In this document: in pieces, positions 36,540 to 43,542 of the stretch
Position numbering within the stretch: the stretch's first letter is position 1
Layout of the letters: each line of letters starts with the position of its first letter
IMG/VR virus record: IMGVR_UViG_3300002930_000508
Span: 4,482-68,481 of that record
Reading direction: 5' to 3' (one strand)
Length of the DNA: 64,000 nt
From: a virus
Taxonomy: Duplodnaviria; Caudoviricetes
Made by a program: the position numbers and the translations under genes
Notes under the pieces: generated by a model
Told to the model about the DNA's origin: nothing
The model's input: the letters and a program-made list of their open reading frames with translations, nothing else
Databases searched by the model: none

Positions 36540-37529
36540 TTACTCTCCTTTCTTATTGGCTCGGGTGTAATAAGTTCTCGGCAACGTGTTGCCAAACTGT
36601 GGTAGGGGTACGGATTGGCTACCCTTAGATAGACCAGCGAACGACATCAGCCTAGCTACTAGGGATTTCTTGAACTCCTCGGGGGTGATGCTAGCCACGA
36701 TGTCATCAGCTTTCTCTTGTGCATCATCAGCATCGGCAGGGTTGCGTGACCTAGCCCAACCACTCATCTTGCGGAACAGACTGCCGTCATCAGCGGTGTA
36801 TATCTTCTTGCTAGCTAGCATATCGAAGCAGTCCTGCGCTACCTCATCGAAGGTTTCCATGAACGACTGTGACTCAAGGGGTAGGGGTCGGTGGGTAAGG
36901 GCATCACGCATGGTTGCTTGAATTGTGTACCCTAAGCGGTTCTCACCGAACGGCGCACCCATAGACTGATCTAGTCTGACGTTATCTCGTAGCGTGGGTA
37001 GCTTGAACATCTGAAGCGTGACGTAGGCATCAAGTTCTTTCTTGAGATCCTTGCGTGTTTGCTTGTCATCAGAGGTTGAAGCTAAGCGGTATATGTCAGC
37101 GTGCCATGACTTTTCTATCACTAGCCTATCTTCCTTATCAAATACCAACAACGCAGAGAAGTCCTTGCCCTGATCTTTGTAGTATGGGTTGAGCGGCACC
37201 TTGACTGTATCACCTGTTGTGGTAGTCAAACCTTTGCCGTTGTAATACCCTGTGAACTTGTATTGCAGTTGAATATCGAACGTGCCGTATAAACCAATGA
37301 CTGCCACCTCATACTCACCCTCTGCGTTGGGTTCATATATGCGAACGACATCTACGCCGTTGATCTTATACACATAGCTGTGCGCATCTTTCTGAAGCAT
37401 TAAATGCGCTTCGCTTACTCGTCTTAAAGGTCTTTGATACTCGTTGTATTTCTTACTGCGTGGTGGCTTCTTGGTGTTGGTGAATTGCTCGTGTGCTTGT
37501 TGGTATGTTAATGTTGTGTAGTAGTTCAT
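36540..37529 (-). CDS. Hypothetical early protein (329 aa)
   Basis: GAAGGAG RBS; long ORF. Confidence 0.75.
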   Translation of the reverse strand: MNYYTTLTYQQAHEQFTNTKKPPRSKKYNEYQRPLRRVSEAHLMLQKDAHSYVYKINGVDVVRIYEPNAEGEYEVAVIGLYGTFDIQLQYKFTGYYNGKGLTTTTGDTVKVPLNPYYKDQGKDFSALLVFDKEDRLVIEKSWHADIYRLASTSDDKQTRKDLKKELDAYVTLQMFKLPTLRDNVRLDQSMGAPFGENRLGYTIQATMRDALTHRPLPLESQSFMETFDEVAQDCFDMLASKKIYTADDGSLFRKMSGWARSRNPADADDAQEKADDIVASITPEEFKKSLVARLMSFAGLSKGSQSVPLPQFGNTLPRTYYTRANKKGE

Positions 37530-38194
37530 GCTAGTGCTCCTTCGTTGGTAAAGTGATAGTCATTGCAGTTAAAGTGGTCAAGCATCATCTCTTCGCTACA
37601 TAGGTACTCGTACTCTTGTTTCAACCTATCGTATATATCTTTGGCGTACTCCCTTCCTGATTCGGTTATTGCTTTGGTTAGTTCTTCTGTTGATTTGATG
37701 TGGCAGTTATCGTCTGAGGCGATGATGTCGTATAGGTGCTGAACTTCCATACCCTTAAAGATAGACGGCAACTCCATCAGCCAGTCATCGGTGAACTCAT
37801 CGGTGTGGTCTTCTACATCGCCGAACTGCATCGTGCTCTCATGGCAGTAGTGCGAGTTGTTGGCGGTGACTTTACTATGTTTGCTAACCACATCTTCTTG
37901 GATAAGCTGACACCACGCACTCAACCCTATGCTGTCCTTCTCATGCGTCTCGAGCCATTGCCTTACATCAACCTGACCTATCCAGCTAGCGCCATCGCCT
38001 TGTGAGTGAAAGCCTGAGAAGAATATCTTGTCGATATAAAAACCTACCTCTTTGCCGTCCTCGACAGCCATCTCGTAAGTGCCTTCCCACCACTCGTAGT
38101 CCATGCCATCGATATACCAGTTGCGTGCCTTTTCTTTGGCTTGGTCGGACAACTCGCCATACTTAAATACTTCTACTTCAATCGTCTTGCTCAT
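37526..38194 (-). CDS. Hypothetical acidic early protein (222 aa)
   Basis: YGELSDQAKEKARNWY...FSGFHSQGDGA; GGGGG RBS. Confidence 0.75.
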   Translation of the reverse strand: MSKTIEVEVFKYGELSDQAKEKARNWYIDGMDYEWWEGTYEMAVEDGKEVGFYIDKIFFSGFHSQGDGASWIGQVDVRQWLETHEKDSIGLSAWCQLIQEDVVSKHSKVTANNSHYCHESTMQFGDVEDHTDEFTDDWLMELPSIFKGMEVQHLYDIIASDDNCHIKSTEELTKAITESGREYAKDIYDRLKQEYEYLCSEEMMLDHFNCNDYHFTNEGALA

Positions 38195-38203
38195 ATACCC
38201 CCC

Positions 38204-38767
38204 TTAATTAAATTCGACCTTGATACTTGCCTCACTTAACTTCTCTGCAACGACGTCTTCCAACTTGTCCTCGACCTGATCACGCACGATGTCATCAATC
38301 TGATCACTAACGGCATCATTCACCGCATCATTGAAGTCAAAGTGATCTGATGGGTCAAAGCGGTGGTCAAAGTAGGACTCGACCTCATCCTCCACAACAG
38401 ATTCCACAGCGTCTTTAGCTAGGTCTTCTATGCCTGCGCCTATGAGTTCGTGCCGTATCAAGTCCTTAAACCAGTCTGCTTGTTGTAGTGTGAGTGAGAG
38501 GGTTTCTTGTAGCGTGGGAACATTTGTTTCCGTTTCGGGTTGGGCTTTAGCTTGGCTGATGACCGTAGTAAGAAGTTGAAGCTGAGTGCATATGTTGTTG
38601 ATGATGGTGGGTAAGTCAGGGTTTGGGGTAGGTTGTGGTTCGGGTGCGTGTTGTGTTTGCATGATGTTTTGTATTACCTCCTTGGTTTCTTTTGGTACCT
38701 CGGGTGCATTGAGGTGGTCGGTTAGTGGTTGTGTTGGTGTTAGTTCTTGTAGTGTGAATGTGGTCAT
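38204..38767 (-). CDS. Hypothetical acidic early protein (187 aa)
   Basis: GAAGGAG RBS; very Asp/Glu-rich C-half. Confidence 0.7.
   Translation of the reverse strand: MTTFTLQELTPTQPLTDHLNAPEVPKETKEVIQNIMQTQHAPEPQPTPNPDLPTIINNICTQLQLLTTVISQAKAQPETETNVPTLQETLSLTLQQADWFKDLIRHELIGAGIEDLAKDAVESVVEDEVESYFDHRFDPSDHFDFNDAVNDAVSDQIDDIVRDQVEDKLEDVVAEKLSEASIKVEFN
38516..38531. promoter_or_regulatory. Palindromic operator box (1 mismatch, intragenic)
   Basis: GGGAACATTTGTTTCC. Confidence 0.6.
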
Positions 38768-38769
38768 GG

Positions 38770-38949
38770 TTACTCTCCTTCGGTGATTAAATGGATGATG
38801 ATGTTGTGTGGTTCAGTTGGGCTGAGATATTCTTTGAACTCCATTACTAAGTCAGCGTCAGCCATGCACTCGTAATGCGCCTGCCATGATTCAAGTAGGC
38901 GTTCGGTTATGGTTTCTCGGTCGATGGTTATTACTTCTTTCTCACTCAT
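38770..38949 (-). CDS. Hypothetical protein (59 aa), not in the ORF track
   Basis: Translated by hand as MSEKEVITIDRE...HLITEGE; GGAG RBS and ATGA overlap. Confidence 0.65.
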   Translation of the reverse strand: MSEKEVITIDRETITERLLESWQAHYECMADADLVMEFKEYLSPTEPHNIIIHLITEGE

Positions 38950-39398
38950 GCTGTTTCTCCTATCGCTTGGTTGAACTGCTCGGATACATCTACTTCTACT
39001 TCGTCACTACCATGTTTGGGGTTGATGGTTACCCATGCGCCTGTTGCCCCGATGGATATGCGTTCGCTACCTATGTTTCCCCAGCCATCGTCTGTATAAC
39101 AATCAATGCCTGTGTTAAAGACAATAGAAGTAGCGCCATCTAACGACTTGATAATGCCCCTCGCCATCTTGTATTGCAGAATCATGTCGTCTTTGATGGT
39201 GACATTGATGTAGTCGGGTAGGTCAGAGTATTCGCTGTTGGTATACATATCTTCGGTGAACTCCACCTTAACGCCGCTAGCTTCTTGGTTTACCAACGCC
39301 CATGCTTCTTGCCACTCTTCGTCATCTTTGTTGGTGTCGTCAGCGAGCCACTCGTTGTTGTTGTGGTGGAAATACCTGTATTGAATTGTGTTAGGCAT
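38946..39398 (-). CDS. Hypothetical early protein (150 aa)
   Basis: GGAG RBS; coupled ORF. Confidence 0.7.
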   Translation of the reverse strand: MPNTIQYRYFHHNNNEWLADDTNKDDEEWQEAWALVNQEASGVKVEFTEDMYTNSEYSDLPDYINVTIKDDMILQYKMARGIIKSLDGATSIVFNTGIDCYTDDGWGNIGSERISIGATGAWVTINPKHGSDEVEVDVSEQFNQAIGETA

Positions 39399-39594
39399 TG
39401 TTTTCTCCTTGTCTAGTGGTTTGTGCTACTTGTTGCTGAGTAATGTCGTTGATGTAGGTGCTGACCATATTTAGCACCTCTCGCTTGGCATCTCGATACT
39501 CTGATGCGTCAAGCATTGCTTGTATCTCATCTACTGATTTGCCTAGCTTGTGCATGGTGATTACTGCTTGGGCTACGCCCTTCATTGAACTCAT
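39391..39594 (-). CDS. Hypothetical early protein (67 aa)
   Basis: GGGGG RBS. Confidence 0.65.
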   Translation of the reverse strand: MSSMKGVAQAVITMHKLGKSVDEIQAMLDASEYRDAKREVLNMVSTYINDITQQQVAQTTRQGENNA

Positions 39595-39603
39595 ACACCC
39601 CCC

Positions 39604-39711
39604 TTAATTTAAAAACCAATGAAGCCCAGCACGAACTATCTGAGCCACCATAAAGAACAAAACTAAATACAACACAACCCATACATACTTATCTTCGTCC
39701 ATCCACTTCAT
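39604..39711 (-). CDS. Single-TM membrane micro-protein (35 aa), not in the ORF track
   Basis: Translated by hand as MKWMDEDKYVWVVLYLVLFFMVAQIVRAGLHWFLN; ATGA overlap. Confidence 0.55.
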   Translation of the reverse strand: MKWMDEDKYVWVVLYLVLFFMVAQIVRAGLHWFLN

Positions 39712-40355
39712 GCTACACCTACCTTTCTTCGTTTGATTAACTCGTTTATCTTTACATCTGTGGGAACATTTGTTCCCGTTTTTGCCTGCTCCATTAGGTC
39801 TTGCCTAATTCGTTTCGCCTCTGCGTAGTTGTAGCTATGTTGATCTAGCATGGCGTGTTGTTGGGGTGTCGATTGCTCGGGCATTTGGTTTTTGTATGAG
39901 TAATAGCGGTTGGCGTAGTGCGTGACTTGGCTTTGTAGGTTCGCCTTTAGTATTTCAATCCAGCCCTCTCGTTTCTTCTGCCAATATTCTTTCATTACCT
40001 TGCTCCGTCTTCGTGGTATCGCTTCGGTTTTTTGCTTGACGAGGTTCTCGCCCAGCACTTTGTTCATATCACCTGACACCATCTTGTTTTTGATTTCTTG
40101 GATGGATAGTGGTGTGCGTCGTTTGGTTTGTAGTCTGCACTCAGCACAGTTCTTTGAGGTGGCGGTGTAGGGTGAGTTGATCTTGGGGTTGTTTAATACT
40201 GCTCGACTCTGTGCGAGGGTGAGTCTGCGTCTGAAATCTTTGCTCGGCTTTTCCTCACCGCAGGTTGCACAGGTTTTGGTTTTGGGAACATTTGTTCCCG
40301 TTTTGTTGAGTACGGTCATCAGGTTCTTTCTCGTTTTTGGACAATAGTCCACCAT
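39708..40355 (-). CDS. C4 zinc-finger early protein (true start may be MTVLNK at 40319)
   Basis: CATC...CAEC; two KTGTNVP segments encoded by operator boxes. Confidence 0.7.
   Translation of the reverse strand: MVDYCPKTRKNLMTVLNKTGTNVPKTKTCATCGEEKPSKDFRRRLTLAQSRAVLNNPKINSPYTATSKNCAECRLQTKRRTPLSIQEIKNKMVSGDMNKVLGENLVKQKTEAIPRRRSKVMKEYWQKKREGWIEILKANLQSQVTHYANRYYSYKNQMPEQSTPQQHAMLDQHSYNYAEAKRIRQDLMEQAKTGTNVPTDVKINELIKRRKVGVA
39762..39777. promoter_or_regulatory. Palindromic operator box (perfect, intragenic)
   Basis: GGGAACATTTGTTCCC. Confidence 0.75.
40284..40299. promoter_or_regulatory. Palindromic operator box (perfect, intragenic)
   Basis: GGGAACATTTGTTCCC. Confidence 0.75.
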
Positions 40356-40638
40356 TTAATAGGAGGTGGACACACAAGTGGACACCCGCTAGAGTATATA
40401 CCATAAGGGTTGGAGTAATAGTATGCCCAACTGTATACGAGCGACAGAGTTTTATTAAAGTAACTAAATCTTTCAAGTCTAAACCTCTGTCCATCTTTTA
40501 CTCTCTTATTATTATGTATTTGTATCTCTTTATATATATACATATAGGTTGACTCTGGGTCGATGCCATATACCGCTTGGGTTAGCGGGTGTCCACTTAG
40601 TGTCCATGTGTAGTGAAAAGGTGGACTATTGTCCAAAA
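40335..40638. repeat. Symmetric inverted-repeat element around an AT-rich core (candidate origin)
   Basis: Perfect 19-bp IR 40335-40353/40620-40638 and perfect 16-bp IR 40376-40391/40583-40598. Confidence 0.85.
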
Positions 40639-40688
40639 TGGTATTTAAGAGGGGTTCTCCACAACACGTTGCAGAGAACCCGTTGAGT

Positions 40689-40704
40689 GGGAACATTTGT
40701 TCCC
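40689..40704. promoter_or_regulatory. Palindromic operator box (perfect, intergenic)
   Basis: GGGAACATTTGTTCCC. Confidence 0.8.
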
Positions 40705-40711
40705 GATTTGG

Positions 40712-40927
40712 TCATGCCCACTTAGCACGAGCAAGGGCAACAGTAGTAGTGATGAACCACCCGTTGTTGTTGTCATACCCGTTGCTTGCACCGCCTAGCT
40801 TACGCCAAGCATTAGTGGCTGTCTTGAGGTGGTTGTGTAGCTTCATTGTGCCTTTCGGTGTGCGTTGGAATGAAGTGATAAGTCCGTTTTCTTTGTAGAT
40901 AACAGCGTATGCGGTAGGTAAGTTCAT
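40712..40927 (-). CDS. Hypothetical early protein (71 aa)
   Basis: GAAGGAG RBS. Confidence 0.7.
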   Translation of the reverse strand: MNLPTAYAVIYKENGLITSFQRTPKGTMKLHNHLKTATNAWRKLGGASNGYDNNNGWFITTTVALARAKWA

Positions 40928-41124
40928 GCTGATACTCCTTCGTTGGTTGGTTGGTTAAAGCGGATACATGGACTGCTACTGCTGAACCTTAGATACAAGC
41001 GAGTGCATAGCCCATATCGTTTATTGCCTGACACCATAAGCATCGGGCGTTTGATTGCCTTGCGTGTGTAGCGGTGTTTGGGTAGGCATTGCGCCTTCCA
41101 TGAGTGTTGGATACTAGATAACAT
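40924..41124 (-). CDS. Hypothetical basic early protein (66 aa)
   Basis: AAGGAG RBS. Confidence 0.6.
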   Translation of the reverse strand: MLSSIQHSWKAQCLPKHRYTRKAIKRPMLMVSGNKRYGLCTRLYLRFSSSSPCIRFNQPTNEGVSA

Positions 41125-41135
41125 ACAGCAACTCC

Positions 41136-41291
41136 TTAGTTTTTATATTCACAGATTAGGTTCTCGCCGTCCCATACTTGAACGAAACGGCAGGACTTAC
41201 ACAGCAAATCAAATAGTTCAAAAGCGTCTACTTGACTCTCTGCTTTATACCAACGGCTTGCTGACTGATGCTCGATTTTGATTTGATACAT
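41136..41291 (-). CDS. Hypothetical early protein (51 aa)
   Basis: Start reassigned to MYQIKIEH, behind a GAAGGAG RBS. Confidence 0.7.
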   Translation of the reverse strand: MYQIKIEHQSASRWYKAESQVDAFELFDLLCKSCRFVQVWDGENLICEYKN

Positions 41292-41316
41292 GGTGATACT
41301 CCTTCGATTGATTAGA

Positions 41317-41381
41317 TTGGACAACAAACAGAACCGCAGAGAAGCCTCGCTTGCTTGACCAACCCTGCAAGTTCTGTCCAA
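41317..41381 (-). other. Long interrupted intergenic stem-loop (candidate RNase III-type processing site)
   Basis: Nested pairings TTGGACA/TGTCCAA, GAAC/GTTC, GCAG/CTGC and AAGC/GCTT. Confidence 0.4.
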
Positions 41382-41405
41382 TGTGTTTGAGACAACTGTC
41401 CCCGA

Positions 41406-41813
41406 TTACTTAATGATGCGTAGAAACTTAGCTTGCTCTGCCTTGCTCAATGCTTCGAACTTAACAACGAGTTGCTCAACAGCGTCAACCTGCTTACTAA
41501 CCTTGCCGTTGCCCTTCTGCTTCTTAACATTGTGATACACACCTACATTGCGTTGCCATTGGCGTGTTGCCGTATCGTGTCTGCTCTCCCTTGTGCAAGC
41601 CTCGTCAGAGTAGAAATACCAAGAGCCTGTGCTACTCTGTTGGAAGTAGATAGTTTCCCGATACTTCTCTCCGTAAGCCTCGGCATGAGCCTGAGCCAAT
41701 GACTCCACAACATCTTCCGACAAGAATTTCTTCTTACCTAAAGCGGTTGCCAAAGCGTCAGCCCATGCGAGTTTGCTAGATACAAATGATTTGTATGATG
41801 TGATTAAAGACAT
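41406..41813 (-). CDS. First early protein (135 aa)
   Basis: Start reassigned to MSLITSYK, behind a GGAG RBS. Confidence 0.75.
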   Translation of the reverse strand: MSLITSYKSFVSSKLAWADALATALGKKKFLSEDVVESLAQAHAEAYGEKYRETIYFQQSSTGSWYFYSDEACTRESRHDTATRQWQRNVGVYHNVKKQKGNGKVSKQVDAVEQLVVKFEALSKAEQAKFLRIIK

Positions 41814-41834
41814 AGTAATTCTCCAAAAGAAAAC

Positions 41835-41850
41835 GGGAACATTTGTTCCC
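41835..41850. promoter_or_regulatory. Palindromic operator box (perfect) just upstream of the first early RBS
   Basis: GGGAACATTTGTTCCC. Confidence 0.8.
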
Positions 41851-42377
41851 ATTGATAGACACACAGCGATGTGTGATCGAGAACCAATCTCGATGATTAA
41901 ATGTACCATTCCGTAGGCTTTTTCAGGCTTTCATCACCCCACCCGATACCCACCAACCCGTTTAGTGGTCAGGCATGCTTGGACCATAGATCACTGTTCC
42001 TCAGCCACAAAATAAAAAAATGTCAAATCTTGTAAAAACCCAAATTAAATCAACGCCTTACAAACGCAAAGTGCATGAAATTTTAATAAAAAATTAACCG
42101 ACCCGTGTCAAATTCTAGACAACAAACCCCAGCCTATAGGTATCAAATAGCACACCTAATTCCAACCTATAGGTATTAAAAAGATATACAAATTTCGGAC
42201 AACGATGTCTTATTTTTGCATGAATTTTTCTATACATTTCAAGCATTTAACGCACTTATTTTTTAAATAACATAGTCAATGTTAAAACAATAACAAAGCA
42301 AATAAAAAAGTTTCCCGAACGGGAAAAATGTACGAAAAAGTGGGCAAAAATAGGAAAAAGTGCGTGATCGGGAAATT

Positions 42378-42430
42378 TTGTAAAGAAAAGTAAAAAGATT
42401 GTAAAGAAAAGTAAAAAGATTGTAAAGAAA
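42378..42430. repeat. Tandem 21-bp repeat, about 2.5 copies
   Basis: TTGTAAAGAAAAGTAAAAAGA at 42378 and 42399, partial copy at 42420. Confidence 0.9.
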
Positions 42431-42434
42431 CGCA

Positions 42435-42540
42435 ATGTCAACCAAAGTGCGCATAAACCCCAGAACATGTACGTAATGTCAACCAAACTGCACATACCCC
42501 CACAACATGTCAACCAAAGCGCACATACGCCAAACATGTT
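42435..42540. repeat. Three imperfect ~31-bp direct repeats
   Basis: ATGTCAACCAAA-nn-GCRCATA cores at 42435, 42476 and 42507. Confidence 0.85.
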
Positions 42541-42570
42541 TACAAAACTGCAAAAAATCGACATATAAAA

Positions 42571-42628
42571 TGTTGCAGTGCAACAAATTGTGTAATATAC
42601 TACACAAACCGTGACTCATAAATGAGTC
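42571..42628 (+). promoter_or_regulatory. Sigma70-like promoter overlaid by three palindromes
   Basis: TTGCAG(42573)-17bp-TATACT(42596); TGTTGCA-G-TGCAACA, TTGTGTA-N6-TACACAA and GACTCAT-AA-ATGAGTC. Confidence 0.7.
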
Positions 42629-42652
42629 CATAACCCACTTAAGGAGTTTTAT

Positions 42653-42787
42653 ATGATCCATTCTGAATTTGAAAAGCAGTACAAAAATTATGAGCAGGCA
42701 GTAGAGCGGGTAGTTCAAGCCTACGAGTTTTGGTTTCATTCCATCATCTCAACCGCAAAAACTTATTTAGCCCAAAAAACTAAATAG
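42653..42787 (+). CDS. 44-aa amphipathic helical micro-protein, not in the ORF track
   Basis: AAGGAG RBS; translated by hand as MIHSEFEKQYKNYEQAVERVVQAYEFWFHSIISTAKTYLAQKTK. Confidence 0.75.
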   Translation: MIHSEFEKQYKNYEQAVERVVQAYEFWFHSIISTAKTYLAQKTK

Positions 42788-42788
42788 T

Positions 42789-42818
42789 AAAAAAACCCCC
42801 ACGTCTTAGGTGGGGGTT
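42789..42818. terminator. Intrinsic terminator hairpin (U-tract stronger on the minus strand)
   Basis: A7-CCCCCAC-GTCTTAG-GTGGGGG-TT. Confidence 0.65.
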
Positions 42819-42957
42819 CAAACGAGGATGTACTAAGCATCAACCAAGGCCCAAACGAAGGAGGAAAAGCCTAGGTAAACAAAGTATACACAAAAACCTA
42901 AAAACAATATACAATCACCTCAACCGTGAACACCACACGCAACCAAAGGGGAAATAG

Positions 42958-43542
42958 TTGTTTTTAGAACACTTAGTCACAGCGCACGCAGCAGACTACA
43001 CACCAGATCTTTTACAAGATCAAACCCCCTTTACCCCAACCAACGACCTTACCCCAGCGCAAACACTCAGCGCACAAAAGAAAACATCCGACTGGCTAAG
43101 CCAGTTTGACGAAGAAGATAACGCCACACTCACAGAAGCACAACAAGAAAAAACCGCCGACGCGTTCAATGCTCTAGTTCGCTCTGACCCCCACGCAAAA
43201 CAAAAGCTACTACAGCTAGACCTGCCAGAAGAAATAAAAGCTGCCGTTGGTATGGTGACTGCTTATCAGTGGAAGTTTGTCGAGCAAGCAGAAGAGCTCA
43301 GAAGCATGGCGGTAAGCCACATTGTTAAAGAAATACAACATCCAGATGCGCGCATACGCTTAAAAGCTCTTGAAATGTTGGGTAAAGTAACCGAGGTAGC
43401 GTTGTTCACCGACAGAATCGCAGTAAAAAATGAAGAAGTGAGTGATGAGGAATTGGACGCTCGCATTAAAGAAAAACTAGGCCGCTACATGGGCGTGGTT
43501 GATGTTGTAGATGTCGAAGAAGTGCCTGAGAGAAGCGAATGA
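42958..43542 (+). CDS. Putative terminase small subunit
   Basis: TTG start; helical RIRLKALEMLGK; overlaps the TerL start. Confidence 0.6.
   Translation: MFLEHLVTAHAADYTPDLLQDQTPFTPTNDLTPAQTLSAQKKTSDWLSQFDEEDNATLTEAQQEKTADAFNALVRSDPHAKQKLLQLDLPEEIKAAVGMVTAYQWKFVEQAEELRSMAVSHIVKEIQHPDARIRLKALEMLGKVTEVALFTDRIAVKNEEVSDEELDARIKEKLGRYMGVVDVVDVEEVPERSE

Noticed and set aside
40319-40696. 125-aa minus-strand ORF across the inverted-repeat element
   Set aside because: No RBS; runs through repeats and a TA-rich run; more simply non-coding
42378-42540. CRISPR-like mini-array
   Set aside because: Repeats are tandem or irregularly spaced without unique spacers; no cas operon, and the Cas4-like nuclease at 26216 is a typical stand-alone phage exonuclease
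42590-42605. Proteobacterial LexA box
   Set aside because: Reads GTGT-N8-ACAC, not CTGT-N8-ACAG; kept only as an unassigned palindrome
42256-42739. Minus-strand ORFs of 102, 63 and 86 aa
   Set aside because: Low-complexity translations of the tandem repeats and the antisense of the 44-aa gene
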